Part shown: positions 1 through 11,966 of the stretch, one piece after another
How the letters are laid out: every line of letters begins with the position of its first letter
Position numbering within the stretch: the first letter of the stretch is position 1
Source: Chrysemys picta bellii
Taxonomy: Eukaryota
DNA: 64,000 nucleotides
Direction: 5' to 3'
Assembly (NCBI RefSeq): GCF_011386835.1
Contig: NC_088804.1
Coordinates: 33,046,001 to 33,110,000 of the forward strand
Translations under genes and position numbers: made by a program
Notes under the pieces: model-generated
Databases searched by the model: none
What the model was told of the DNA's origin: nothing
Seen by the model: only the letters and a program-made list of their open reading frames with translations

Positions 1-148
1 CCTACAGCGGCATAGCTGAACCACTGTAAGGTCTCCCGTGTAGCTGCTCTATGCTGACGGGAGAGCGCTTTCTTATCGACATAATTAAACCACCCCCAAT
101 GAGCAGCAGGCGGTAAAATTCACACCCCTGAGCACTGTAGAGATGGCC
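1..148. mobile_element. Right part of a PIF/Harbinger-like non-autonomous element, cut by the window edge
   Basis: Ends CTGTAGAGATGGCC, resembling the GTGTAGAC(A/G)TAGCC terminus of the other Harbinger-like MITEs here. Internal CACACCCCTGAGC motif resembles that of 50294-50574. Confidence 0.55.
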
Positions 149-159
149 AACCTAACCCC

Positions 160-812
160 TGATGTAGACACTCTGCCTGACTCTGAGCAGGGACTTGAAC
201 CCAGGTGTCCCATCTCTCAGGCAAGTGCCCTAACCATGGGGTTATTGCAGGGTATTCTGGGGCTGGTCTCTCTCAGTCTCACCTGTTGAAGCTGTTCCAC
301 TTTGTATGAACTACTTCAATAGTCCTTGAGCCAGCAAGAGTGTGAGAATCGTTCTAAAGCCTCATGGTTTGGACTCCCACCTGGGCGACCACGTTCAAGT
401 CCCTGTTCCAATGACTATTTAAGGCAAGAAAGTGTGTATGGGGGAGGGGGCGGGTGAACTCCCAGCATGAGGGTTCTGCTGAGGCTTAGCTATGAGTTAA
501 GCATTGAGCAGGTTGGTGGTCTCAGGATTGAGGCAGCTGTGTGTATGCCCACCAGCAGCGCTGTAGGCACCAATGGTGGGAGTCACAAAGGTGTTTAGAC
601 ACCTAACAGCCACTGGTTTCAAAGGGATTAGACACCTAAATACCTCTGTGAATTCCACCCTTAAGGGACTTCACTGGAGGAAACTTAGGCGCCTAAAGAG
701 TGTAAATGTGCATCCACAGTTAGGTGAAGGTTTTTGAGGCTCTAAATTTTGGACTTAGGCTCCTAAAGTGGCTGCTAGGCTCCTTAAATCCCTTTGTAGT
801 TCTAGCCCATAC
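160..812. mobile_element. Degenerate composite turtle repeat: two divergent tRNA-like heads followed by TAGGC(A/T)CCTAA-motif segments
   Basis: Inverted pair GAGCAGGGACTTGAAC (185-200) / GTTCAAGTCCCTGTTC (393-408). Repeated TAGGCACC/GACACCTAA/TAGGCGCCTAA/TAGGCTCCTAA motifs at 560-790. Boundaries are approximate. Confidence 0.5.
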
Positions 813-882
813 AGTATTTGAAAACAGCCTGGTATAAGCTCTCTGAACTCTTTCCTTTGCATTGAAATACTATGTACTTAGA

Positions 883-1134
883 GGGTATGTCTACACAGCA
901 AGTGGCAGCGAGTCTCAGAGCTTCAGTGGACAGATTTCAGCTCATGAGGTCCAAGCTACGTGCCAAAAATAGATGTGTGGATGTTAAGGCTCGGGCTGGA
1001 CTCAAGCTTTGATGCCTAGGGACAAGTAGCTTCAGTGCCTGAGCTGCAATGACCACACAGTAGTTTTTAGTGTGAGTCTAAGTTTGTGACCCCGGGCTCT
1101 GAGACTTCCTGACATGGGTTGTGTAGACGTACCC
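883..1134. mobile_element. PIF/Harbinger-like MITE
   Basis: TIRs GGGTATGTCTACAC (883) and GTGTAGACGTACCC (1121-1134), 13/14 match. Confidence 0.8.
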
Positions 1135-2206
1135 CAAAGTGGCCTATTAGGCTCTTAATGGAATCTTCCTAGATCTTAACTCAATGGAGGGATTTCACTT
1201 TCTGTGCTAATCACCCACAAATAAAAACAAACAAGGTGACTGATATGATCCCAGTAGATTTTGAAAGTTAGTGCTTCATAATAATGACTCCCTATAAGAT
1301 ACAATTATTTGTGAGGGGTAGAGTCACAATGTTCAGACTGTATGAAGGGAAAGAGTTACTGTCGGGACTCACATCAGCAGTGTTTATTCTACTGCCTTAG
1401 TTCATTGGCTTCCACAGCGGTTCTTGTGAGGCAGTTAACATGGAAACCTGAACACCACTAGACTGATAAGCCCTCAGACTGACTTGCAAAAGTAATTTTC
1501 AGTAATCTTTGAGGGGAAAAATTGCATTTAGTGTGTGAGGGGGAAAGCTAAGCCATTCGTGCATCTTATTTTATTGAGTATGCAAGCAATAGAGTACCTG
1601 GAAATACAACTTTTGATCCATTACATTGTGCTTAAGAACAAACTGCTCACGAGTTATTGTGAGAAAGTTAGTCTCCTGCATATAAGAGCTTTTCGGTATT
1701 TTCTTCAACTCTTCCTAGAAAAAGGGATGCAATTTTAACATGCTCTAAGAATTTTTACTATTTTTTTTTAACAAATCTCAAGTTTCTTCATAGACAACCA
1801 TGGTCATTCTTTAAATATACACTCAAGTAGGCAGGGCCAGTGGATTATGACTTTAATAGAGTGATGCCAATTTCCAGCAGAAAGGCTTTCTTATTCATGT
1901 GGACAATATGGAATAGAATGGTAACATTTTCCTGAAGATTTCACTAATAAAAATATCAGCTTCCACCCTCATTCCCATGATTGCTTCATACTCTGAGTTA
2001 GGCAAGGCTAAATAAATAAAAAAAAAATCAAGTCATTTTAACATTCCAGACAGAAAGATGGCTTGATTCCGAGGCAGTCCTCATTATTACAGATTTTAAA
2101 TCCCAGACCCTCCATCAGTTCTGCAGTGCTAAAATATATTAATTTGCAGCAACATATTGCCATCGGGTCAAGGTGGCTCTTTCCTCAAACAAAAGAACCC
2201 CACAGT

Positions 2207-2249
2207 CAGGGCTGGCTCTGGCTTTTCTTCCACCCCAAGCAAAAAAACA

Positions 2250-2283
<34 letters not shown>

Positions 2284-2808
2284 CTGTGGGGCAGCTGGAG
2301 CGCCAAAGCAAAAAAAAACAACAACAATGTGCAGGGCAGCTGGAGCGGCAGAGCAAAAAAACCGTGCAGGGCTGCCGGAGCGCGGGTGCTGGGGGACTCC
2401 GGGGGAGGGGGATGGAGCGGGGGGAGAGAGAGAAGGGGGGGGCAGATCTTCCTTCAGCGGGGCGCTCGCCATGTGGCCCCTGCTGCCATGCTGCCTGCCG
2501 GGAGGGCTCCGCACCGCTCCAGTCGGCGGGGAGAGAAGGACGCGGGCTGCCCTGCCGGGCTTGCTACAGACCTGGCACCAGCTGGGGCAGATGGAGCGCA
2601 CAGCCCGCTCCCAGCAGAGCGCTACCCTCCTCCGTGCCGCCGCCCCCTACAGGGCAGCTGGAGCAGCTAACCAAAAAGAAAAAAACCTGCGGGGCGGCCG
2701 AAGCGGCGAAGCAAAAAAAAAAAAAAAAAGGATTCAAGGGAATGCCGCCCTTTAGAATCTGCCGCCCCAAGCATGAGCTTGCTCGGCTGGTGCCTGCAGC
2801 CAGCCCTG
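2207..2808 (-). mobile_element. hAT non-autonomous element (CAGGGC(C/T)GGCTC family) with A-rich subterminal repeats; strand is relative to the 6273 copy
   Basis: TIRs CAGGGCTGGCT...GCAGCCAGCCCTG. 8-bp TSD CCCACAGT (2199-2206) / CCCGCAGT (2809-2816). Internal (CAAAAA)n and repeated GGGCAGCTGGAGC units. Confidence 0.9.
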
Positions 2809-5786
2809 CCCGCAGTATTGAATAAGTAAAACCACCAGAATAGCTCTCATTCTGCTAGAGGTGGCACCTTCAAGCGCTAGCAGACCAGTATAGTAGAAAC
2901 AGACATTGCACCAGCTGTAGCATATTTTCAGACCCCTTTTGGCTAGGGCATGGGTTCTTGTGTGTGGGCGGGGGAGGGGAGAGAACAAGGATTGGTCACT
3001 ACTACCCTGTCTTTCCTCTATTTCTAAGTGGAAGAGGTTCTCAGTTAGATGGCAGCAATGTCTCAGTATGGATAAGGTACGGGAAGGGAGTACTGGTATG
3101 GAAAATGTTTTGAACCACGGGCTACAGGTTATGGTAGCAAAGAGCTATTCTAACTTTTTGAACAAACAAAGCCTGAAACGGAGGATTTTAAAAGGCTACA
3201 AAACCCTGACATTGCATATTCTGTATAGATCATTATTCAAGCTTTCCAGCCCCCACTCTCTCAGCATTCTACTCTAAAAAAAAACCCCTTGAACTAATCA
3301 TCCTCCTAGATCATTATGCAATATCGCTGAGGGCAAAGGAAGCTTCCCTGTTTCTTTCTAAATATATTTTTTGTGGTTAGAAAATTAGAGAAATGACAAG
3401 GCTGACCTCCCTAAATGTGCAGGCCTTGTTTGGGGAAGTGCACAAGTCATATGGTAGAGCAGCCTCTTATCACTTTGTGGTAGGCAATTGCAAAATGCCT
3501 GTGTTAGCCAGAGTCATGCTGGATTTACACTGAGCTAGACAAGAGAACCAGTGCTGCAGTAAGCATGGTGCATGGTATTACCGTGCTATTAGCTAAATCA
3601 GCAATTTGTCAAAGAAAAGGGAGAAGAGCATCTTGTAAAGAGAGACAACGCACTGTATGATACAAGACCTTGACTATAACAAGCACTATAAGGTGGGCAT
3701 TTAAAACTTAACTTTATCAGCACTTGGAGTTGTTGCTAACACTGTGTCAATCTTTCCATTAAAGCCACAGGTTTTCAGGGGCTGTAAAATTTGCTTGAGG
3801 CTAAAACTTGGCATTCGAGTTCTCAGCTGAAGAGTTAACATTCCCTCCTCCCCCACCACAAATTTTTGGTTTGGCGATTTTTAATTTATTCCAGATCTAT
3901 ATATAGTTCTAGTGCGGCGATATATAGGGAAAGGGGGAATATGGCATTTACTGTGCTGTGCTCAGCTGACTAGCAGCAACGTTAAAGCAAGGCTCTGTGG
4001 CAATGTGTTTGGGAAGGAGACACTTATGCACAAAGCAACCACTAAGACAGTTCTTGCACTCTCTGAATGTGTGGAGGAGGAGAGTGTTGGTGTCACCAGC
4101 GCTACTGCATAACCACATAGGGGACAAGGGAAGGCTATGAGCTTGCAGACTGCAGCTGGCGTGCATATTGCACAAGGAAATGTAGGAGCCCTGTTCTCCC
4201 TTTGGCCGAGGATATATCCTACCTGCTTACACTCTCCACACTTTACCTATATTCTCTCTCTCTCATTGGAAGGGCACAATGGAGGTCTAGCCGTTATACC
4301 GAACAACTGTCTTTCCTTACTGGATTTGCACATGCCCCATTTCCTGTGATTCCTTTTCTTGATTCCTCTGCTAAGCTAGCAGATCTGGGAACTTTTTGTG
4401 AAACTATTTTGCTGACATTCTCTGTAATAAACATTAGAGCCAAATGTTTAAAGGCCCCTGAAAAATGCAGGTCACACAAAGGGCCAGACTCTTAGCTCTG
4501 GAATGGCCCTTTTGCACCACTCTGGTGGCACAAAGGGGCTGTAAAGATGACTTAATCAGCCTCTGGAGGATGTCCCCAATGTAGGGGGACTCTGAATGGA
4601 ACAGAGTATGGCAGAAACATGCTCTGACCATGTCACATTTTCCTCAGCTAGGCCCTCTCGGTCAGGGGGCTCTCCTTATTACACTCCTGATTTAGGAGTT
4701 ACAGCTGGGGGGAAATGGGGCATTGGTGTCCTTACCCCTTGCTAATCCCTGATTGCCAGAACAGGGGCCAAAGGCCACCAAGCACACCTTCAAGAGACTG
4801 GAGAGAGAGAGCGAGTGTGTGTGTGTGCAGGTGTGCGCACATGAACACGCTGTTCATTCCATAAGATAATGGTGTCTTTTCTGACAGCTCCATTAATTAC
4901 TGCAGCCAAGTGCTGGAGACTGGACAAAGACCTACAAGGGAGCAGTACTGCAGTTCTGTTCTAAACTCCCTTGTCTACATCTTCATGTTCAAATCTAATG
5001 TCCTATCCCTCAATAATATGATGTTCCACGCTGAATAGTACAATCCACATTAGTTCCCCCCCGGCCAAAGTATTCTCCATACAAAGAAAAATATGGTAAT
5101 TTCATCCACGTTCAGAAAAGGTTTTAGGTTTCCTCTTTCAAGACAGGGTGTTCAAAGCAGGCATTTATCATGATAGCTAAATTAACCTTTAATACACCAG
5201 CAGCACGGAAAATCACTTTAACAGCCATCCAATTTTAGCTCGCTGGCAAAAACTTTAAGAAAGAGTTAAAATGAAACCAGAATAATCATTTCTTCCCCCC
5301 TGTTCTTTCAGGGCACTGAAGTTCAAGGTAACTCTTTATTTCCTTCTGTGTAAACTGAAACGTCTGTGACGATGGATAATGTAGTGCTAAGGAGCCTGTG
5401 CAGTTATAGTTTCAATTAGGTCCTGTATTAGTTTTTCACTTCCAGTCCTAAACTGCTGTAAGCCCTGGCTCTCTATGAACAGAAAGGGCTGCACTTTGCT
5501 CGTGGACGAAATGATTCGTTACTGAATCATCTGAGAACAAGTGTATGTGATCATGTTATTAAAGCCAGCGGGAAAGTTTCTGTCTCCTGCCCTGGCCCCT
5601 CTACACTACTTGGTCAGCCGGATTTGTGCCACAAGGACTGGGCGAGAATTTACGCAGCTTGGGCACAGTGTAAGGTCACCATAAGTAACCCTAAGCTGAT
5701 TCCCCTGGAAGCAGCTTAGTTCCTTCACCACTGCCACAGAGATCTCTTGTGTCTGCAAACTACTTAGCCTAGGTTCTTATCATTTC

Positions 5787-5816
5787 TTAGTTAGTTAGTT
5801 AGTTAGTTAGTTAGTT
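5787..5816 (+). repeat. (TTAG)n microsatellite
   Basis: About 7.5 perfect TTAG units read directly. Confidence 0.95.
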
Positions 5817-6272
5817 CGTAGCTAGTCACTCAAGGTGTAGGTAACCCCCGTGGTGTTTATCCTGGTTCTCTGTAGGCTAGTAACTCAGGGAGAGGCATCC
5901 TGTCTCTTGGCGCCAGGGAGGCCCATGGCAGATTCAGAGTTGGCTAGATAACCAAAAGGGAGAGACACCATTTTGTGCGATGGGGATCCGTTGGCTTGGG
6001 GAGTTATAGCAGGGTGCCTGGATGGGCACCAGTGTGCCTGCTCAGAGGAGGAGCAGTGTCTGGGGGGCGAAGGGGGGATTAGAGTTCAAATGGCTGACAA
6101 GAAAAAGCCCAGGAAAATAGACCTAGCCTGGCCAATAAGGAAGGTCTTCAGTGATATGCTCTCCCACCTTCCTTCCCCTGGGAGCACTGTGAGGTGAGAG
6201 GAGAAAACCAAATTTTAAGAGAGGGTCTGTACTCCGGAGCCAGCCGCTGAAAGGGCAGGACTTGCTGTCTGC

Positions 6273-6536
6273 CAGGGCCAGCTCCAGGCACCAGCGAAGG
6301 AAGCAGGTGCCTGGGGCGGCCAATAGAAAGGGGCGGCACTCCGTCCGTTGTTGGGGCGGCATGTCCGGGTCGTCGTCGGCGGCACTTCGGCGGCAGCTCA
6401 ACCAGCCCGCCTCAGTCTTCGGTGGCAATTCGGCGGCAGGTCCTTCACTCCCTGTCTTCCTCCTCGGCAGCAACTCGATCGGGGTTTGTTTGTTTTTTCT
6501 CCGCTTGGGGCGGCAAAAAAGCTGGAGCCGGCCCTG
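6273..6536 (+). mobile_element. hAT non-autonomous element, same family as 2207-2808 in opposite orientation
   Basis: TIRs CAGGGCCAGCTCCAG...CTGGAGCCGGCCCTG. Perfect 8-bp TSD CTGTCTGC (6265-6272 / 6537-6544). Confidence 0.93.
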
Positions 6537-7737
6537 CTGTCTGCTGAGCTCATGTGTCCCAGGCGTCCATGCAGGGTGCCCCCTGACAACTGGCTTCTGG
6601 GTACCTGGAAGCAATATCCCGAAGCTTGGTCCTTTCCCCGTTCAAAGTGACTCCCAGTTTATAGGATTGTGTTGGGAAAACTCCCTACCCAGTCAGGCTG
6701 AGCTAGTCCTTCAGCTCCCTAGATAAACCAGTTGCCACGGACAAGTCCTGCTCTTGCTACTAGCTCAGGGCTGCCTGCCGTGATTGTATCTGAGCTCTAG
6801 GGCAGGAGAATAGGAGTTGGGTTTTTAGAACAGTTGTTGTAATCTGCACCTGATCCCTTTATGGTGAGGTGAACTCTTGGGAACAGAAGCAGCCTGATTC
6901 CTGCATGAGGAGGATGCATGTCAGCTGTGACTGTCAGCCCCTCTGCAGTGGCCAAGTCCAGATTCAACTCTAAACCTGTGGATTGTTTGTGGAGCTGTGA
7001 ATGCACCATCTTTTCATAAGAGAGTCGGGGAAATTGTTTGGCATATCCCCGATTCCCTGAACTGTGTCCTCAAGCCAGGGGGCAAGGGTCTGAGAGTTTC
7101 ATTACCTACTGTTTATTAAACCTGTGGAGGGACTTACCATCTTATCCCACATGTGAGTCTTTGGGGCTGCACTGAACCAAGTCAGCCAAGTTGCTTCTTG
7201 CTGCTACCGAACATAGCATTGTAAAGGGCCCCTACAAAGTACACCTACCACCAGGACACTAAATTTTACTCCTGCTATATCAAGATATATGACTGGGGAA
7301 ATTCATGGTTATTATCAGCATGGCGAGGACACTGGTGACCCTGAGAGTAGTGTTTTATACTATGTCATTTTTACCTCTTGTTCAATACAGTTACTCTGTT
7401 GAATGTTGAGTGATAATATTTGTGTTATTCCTTGGGAGTCTCCAACTATCTGGCAAGTAACTTGGGTTACCCTGCGGTTAGAATTTTCCTTCCAAGCTGC
7501 CCTGAGGATCCAGACAGGGTGAAGCAAAGGGCCCATGCCAAGTTAGTTGATCTGTGAAGAGCACAAGGAAGATATGCCCTGCTGAGCGGGAAGTGGGATG
7601 CAGATGAACCCCCACCAGGCCTGTCCATCAAAAGCCATAAGGAGACTTGCATTAAAAAAAGTAACCAGGTGCATAGGGAAACTACTATAGTAAACTGTAG
7701 TTGTTGGAGTCACTTGCTTTGGGTTATTCCCAAGGCT

Positions 7738-8960
7738 ATGTCAGGCTCTAACCCCCATAGGAGGTTCAAAAGGAGGGCATCCTGCTCAGCCATCTATCTA
7801 GAGAAAGATGCACATGTGCCTACGAGATGTTCACCTAGTGTCCAAGTGCACAATTTGCCACACCTTCACTCCTTGGACAATGAAGAGCAGACTGCTAAGA
7901 CTGCAGGTGCACTTAGCTTCTTTGAACCTTCAACTGGACCATCCTAGACTCCTTTGAAAGGGGTTTGAAGTCTGTTTCTTTGGTGAGGTCTTCTGTAAAG
8001 AAACCTGAAACACATCTTGCCACCCCATTTTTGGCACTGTCTTCAGTGTAGGACCTGAGATCAACCTCCTCAAGGCAAACACTTATTGGGACTGAGCCTC
8101 CCACCTGGCACTGCCCAGCACTACAGACTGCTCCAGCACTGCAGTCTTTGTCAGCACCAAAGACTCCCTTGTTGCCCCTAGAATCACTGCCGGTCAACAG
8201 CATCAGTGGGAATCACACTTCCAGATCTCCTGCTGGCCCTGTTTCAGGGAAGAGGAAGCATGAAGATTTACAAAAGGGTCCAGGCACAAGAAGAAAAGGA
8301 GGCATCGTTCACCTTCCCCTCCAGTGATCCATGTAACTTCTGGAGATGCCTTACCTGTCTGAGAGCCTCTGGCATGCACTCCTCAGCTTGACGTTCCAAT
8401 GCCAAGTGTCTTGGACAGCTCACCGGTGTGCATACTTCAGACACTGTCAATTTCCCCTCTCATAACTAGGGATCTTCCAACCAAGCTTTGGACTATGCTT
8501 CTGCTGCCTGACTGCACAACAGCACTGCCTCATCAGTATCCATCTGGAACACCCTTGAGGAACACAGGATACCCGTGGTATGGACCACGCAAGCTCCTCT
8601 GATTTGCTCCTGAGGGCCTAGCCAACTTTCCTTGATGAATGCTCTAGCTGCCTGGAAGGACTTTATGCTGGGCCCCCTTCAATATTAATATAGCTCTACA
8701 TTCAGGAGTCCATGAAAGCTTTACTTGATGCTGCCAAAACTAGTTCAGCACCAATGATAACATCAACACAGATGCCCCATCCAGCACTGGATAAAGCTAA
8801 GGGACTTCCTAATAAGATGACACAGTTCTTCCAGATCTCACAGTTCTTCCTAAGACTCCTAAGACTCATGGTTCCTTCAGCCAATCTTGCACATTTTGCT
8901 CATCTACAACACTGGGTTGCCTCTCATCACAAGGAAGCTCACCATGTCCCTCAGGTGCTT
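7738..8960 (+). mobile_element. Decayed DIRS-type (tyrosine recombinase retrotransposon) ORF1/gag relic
   Basis: ATG at 7738 gives MSGSNPHRRFKRRASCSAIYLEKDAH. After a +1 shift at about 7817 it reads CLRDVHLVSKCTICHTFTPWTMKSRLLRLQVHL, matching the FK.C..C...D.H..CL...H...C.IC..F.PRT..R..RL pattern I recall for vertebrate DIRS ORF1. Later pieces include YPWYGP and ALLDAAKT. Multiple stops and frameshifts. Confidence 0.65.
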
Positions 8961-9469
8961 CAAGACCTTTGCTAGTGAGAGATCAGAGATAGTGTACTCC
9001 TGAGGGTTGTCATTTCCTTTTCCATTCTACCTCCAGTCCCTCCACATCCTGCCCATATTCCCTATCTCCACTGACTCCCAGTCCCATCCTCCATCTCCTC
9101 ATCCAATCTCTATGTGTGTCCCTCCCCTATCTCTTTGCACAGCCAATCTCAATTCTCCTCACGCCCCTGGCTACTTATCAGATCTATCTCCCCAACTGGT
9201 TCCCACTCCTATTCTCCTGGAAGAAAGCATGAACATTTTCAGTGAAAATTGAAAATTTTTACATGAACTTTTCCAGTTTGTTGACAAGGCATTTTTTGTT
9301 GGGGAAAAAATTTTCCAGCAAATTTTTTTCAACCAGCTCTAGTATTAATTTTTTCTACAGCATTGCAGTTGTTTGTTTTGCGGACTTAGGGTACCAAACA
9401 TTTGTTTCTATGGGACAGACTGTACCAAGACCCACAACCTTTAGATCTGAACCAAGATTCAAAGCAGGT

Positions 9470-9755
9470 TTCAGCACTGAAACTCAGGAGACCTACATTC
9501 ATTCCCAGTTCTGCCACAGACTTCCTGTGTGACCTTGGGTAAGTCACATAATTGCCGTCTGCACCACTTCCTTGACTGTAATATGGGGATGATAATACTT
9601 CTTGTGTCTCATTCTTTCTGTCTGTCTTGGCTATGTAGATTGTAAGCTCTTCAGGGCAGGGTCTGCCTTTTATTCTGTGTTTGTACAGCACCTAGCACAG
9701 TGGGTCCTCCAGGTAAGGGTCTCTAGACACTGCTGCAACACAAATAATGACAATG
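9470..9755 (+). mobile_element. CORE-SINE (MIR-like) with L2-type 3' tail
   Basis: CORE: CCCAGTTCTGCCACAGACTTCCTGTGTGACCTTGGGTAAGTCAC. Tail: TAGATTGTAAGCTCTTCAGGGCAGGG...TTTGTACAGCACCTAGCACA. Confidence 0.8.
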
Positions 9756-10380
9756 AGTTTGGTGTACAGTTAAGCAAAGACAGTTTTGTTTCACACCAGG
9801 TTTGTGTGAGCTGTTTTTGGTTTCAGTTCACATGGGTTCTCTCACTTCCTGAGTTTCCCTTTGACTTTTAGGTTTCTGCCTATTTTCTACCTGAAGCCAT
9901 AAAGTGGCCTAGGTTTATAAAAAAATATATTTTTTTTGTAAAACACAGTGAAACAGTCTGTGAAGGTGGCCTGAATTTCTGGTTCATAACAACCCCCGTA
10001 CTCAGGTGAAACTGTTCTTGGGATTTGTCTCAAATGTTTTTCACAGCTCTAGTTTGCTCAAGCTACAAAATTTAGATCCAGAGTTCAGACACCCTAGCTG
10101 GGGCTGTTTACAGATGAAGAAATTTTGTTTGGGCCCATTCCTAATCTGGGGGTCGCTCAATCTTGGCGTCTCTGCTAGTATATATTTTCACACGGGGGCA
10201 TCGTTGTTCAAAAGAGATTAGAGCAGTCAGAATTGGTTGAGCATGCCTAACTTTACTCCAAACTGATCTTCACCTCTAACTAATGCCAGATTTGAAGGTG
10301 GACAAAAGTAGGAGCACTGAAATTCATCCTAAAAATAAAAAATTGGTATTCCTAGTGACTCGACTCTCTACAACCTGCTT

Positions 10381-10759
10381 CGCAGGCACTGGCGTCTTCC
10401 ATTCCCTGGGGGTGCTCAAGTCCCGCTCAGCACCACGCCCCACACCCAATCCAGCCCTTCCCCCAAGGCCCCAGCCCCGCCCTACCTCTAGCTGCCTCTT
10501 TCCACGCAGTTCTGCCCCCTGAGCGCACCCCGTCCCTGATCCTTCCTCTCTCCCCAGTGCCTCCTGCACACCGTGGAACAGCTGATCAGGGCAGGTGGGA
10601 GGCACTCGGAGGGAGGGGGAGGAGTTGATCGGACAGGCTGCCAGTGGGCGGGAGGCGCTAGGGGGAGGAGGGGAGCTGGCTGCGGGTGGGTGCTAAACAC
10701 CCACTAATTTTTTCCATGGGTGTTCCAGCCCTGGAGCCCCCATGAAGTCGGTGCCTATG
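10381..10759. mobile_element. hAT non-autonomous element (CATAGGC(A/G)CCGAC family)
   Basis: Right end GTCGGTGCCTATG, degenerate left end CGCAGGCACTGGC. Perfect 8-bp TSD ACCTGCTT (10373-10380 / 10760-10767). Confidence 0.88.
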
Positions 10760-11755
10760 ACCTGCTTCATCCCTGTGATTCTGTTGCATTCTGGACCTTC
10801 CTGGGTTATATTTAGGATGAAGGATTCAGCCTTAAGTCATTATCAAGAGCCTGATAGTGGGTAATTGTGCGTGAGAAGCTCTTTAGAGATTTTGCCTGAA
10901 TCTATCCTGCTGAAGTCAAAGTGGATCTGCAGTCTTTTCGCAGAGATGCTCTTAGAAAGTCAAGAGGAAGCGTTTCAGCTCTAGTGCAGATATTGATAGA
11001 TTCATGTCCCCAGTAAACAGGCAGTCAATGGCAAAACAAATGACCAGGGCTGGAGTTCAAGCTCAATTTGGCATAAACGGAGTCAGCCTGGTATTATTTT
11101 AATTTAATTTTATGTCAAATGTTTCAAAAGAGCCTTAATCCAGTTGCTTATGTTTTGCACAGAATCAAGTGTAGGTACAATAGTTAATTGTCCACTAATG
11201 AGTTTTTGTGGAGGATTGGACCCTGAATGCTAATCCATGTTTCAGAAAGGATGCCAAATGACATTCACACTGCTGCCCTTCCAATTTTTGTTTAGAATGT
11301 GCAGATCTCCTGATTGGAAGCATCAGACTTTGTGTTAACTATGCAATGTGCAAGAGCCAACATTTTGTCTTAGGTATGTCTACACTCATGGAGGCATATA
11401 GCTAAGGCCCTACCAAATTCACGGTCCATTTTGGTCAATTTCACAGTCATAGAATTAAAAAAATCGTAAATTTCATGATTTCAGCTATTTAAATCTGAAA
11501 TTTCAGGGTGTGGTAATTGTAGGGGTCCTGACTCAAAAGGAGTTGTGGGGTGGGGGAGGTGGGAGAGGAGTCAAGGTTATTGTGTGTGTGTATGGGGGGG
11601 TGCGGTACTGCTACCCTTACTTCTGTGCTGCTGCTGATGGTGGCACTGCCTTCAGAGACGGGCAGCTGGAGAGCGGTGACTGCTGGCTGGGAGCCCAGTT
11701 CTGAAGGCAGAGCTGCCGCCAGCAGCAGTGCAGAAGTAAGGGTGGCATGGGATGG

Positions 11756-11966
11756 AAAAAGAAGAACAGGAGTACTTGTGGCACCTTAGAGACTAACAAA
11801 TTTATTAGAGCATAAGCTTTCGTGGACTACAGCCCACTTCTTCGGATGCAGTGGGCTGTAGTCCACGAAAGCTTATGCTCTAATAAATTTGTTAGTCTCT
11901 AAGGTGCCACAAGTACTCCTGTTCTTCTTTTTGCGGATACAGACTAACACGGCTGTTACTCTGAAA
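11756..11966. mobile_element. Penelope-like retroelement mini-insertion (inverted pseudo-LTR pair)
   Basis: Perfect 83-bp inverted repeat (11756-11838 / 11850-11932) plus tail GCGGATACAGACTAACACGGCTGTTACTCTGAAA. 13-bp flanking duplication CATGGGATGGAAA (11746-11758 / 11967-11979). Confidence 0.85.
11810..11849 (-). ncRNA. Minimal hammerhead-ribozyme-like motif within the Penelope fragment
   Basis: Minus strand reads GCAT-CCGAAGA-A-GTGG(GCTGTAGT)CCAC-GAAA-GCTT-ATGC: helix I GCAT/ATGC, helix II GTGG/CCAC, palindromic AAGCTT helix III. U4 is replaced by C. Confidence 0.6.

Noticed and set aside
2063-2825. Longest ORFs in the track (230, 222, 165 aa)
   Set aside because: They lie on the TIR/TSD-bounded hAT element. 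They are low-complexity products of GC-rich and poly-A repeats, open in several frames, with no domain.
5670-7470. Possible LTR/ERV segment starting TGTAAGG
   Set aside because: No second LTR, PBS, TSD or recognisable gag/pol motif could be read.
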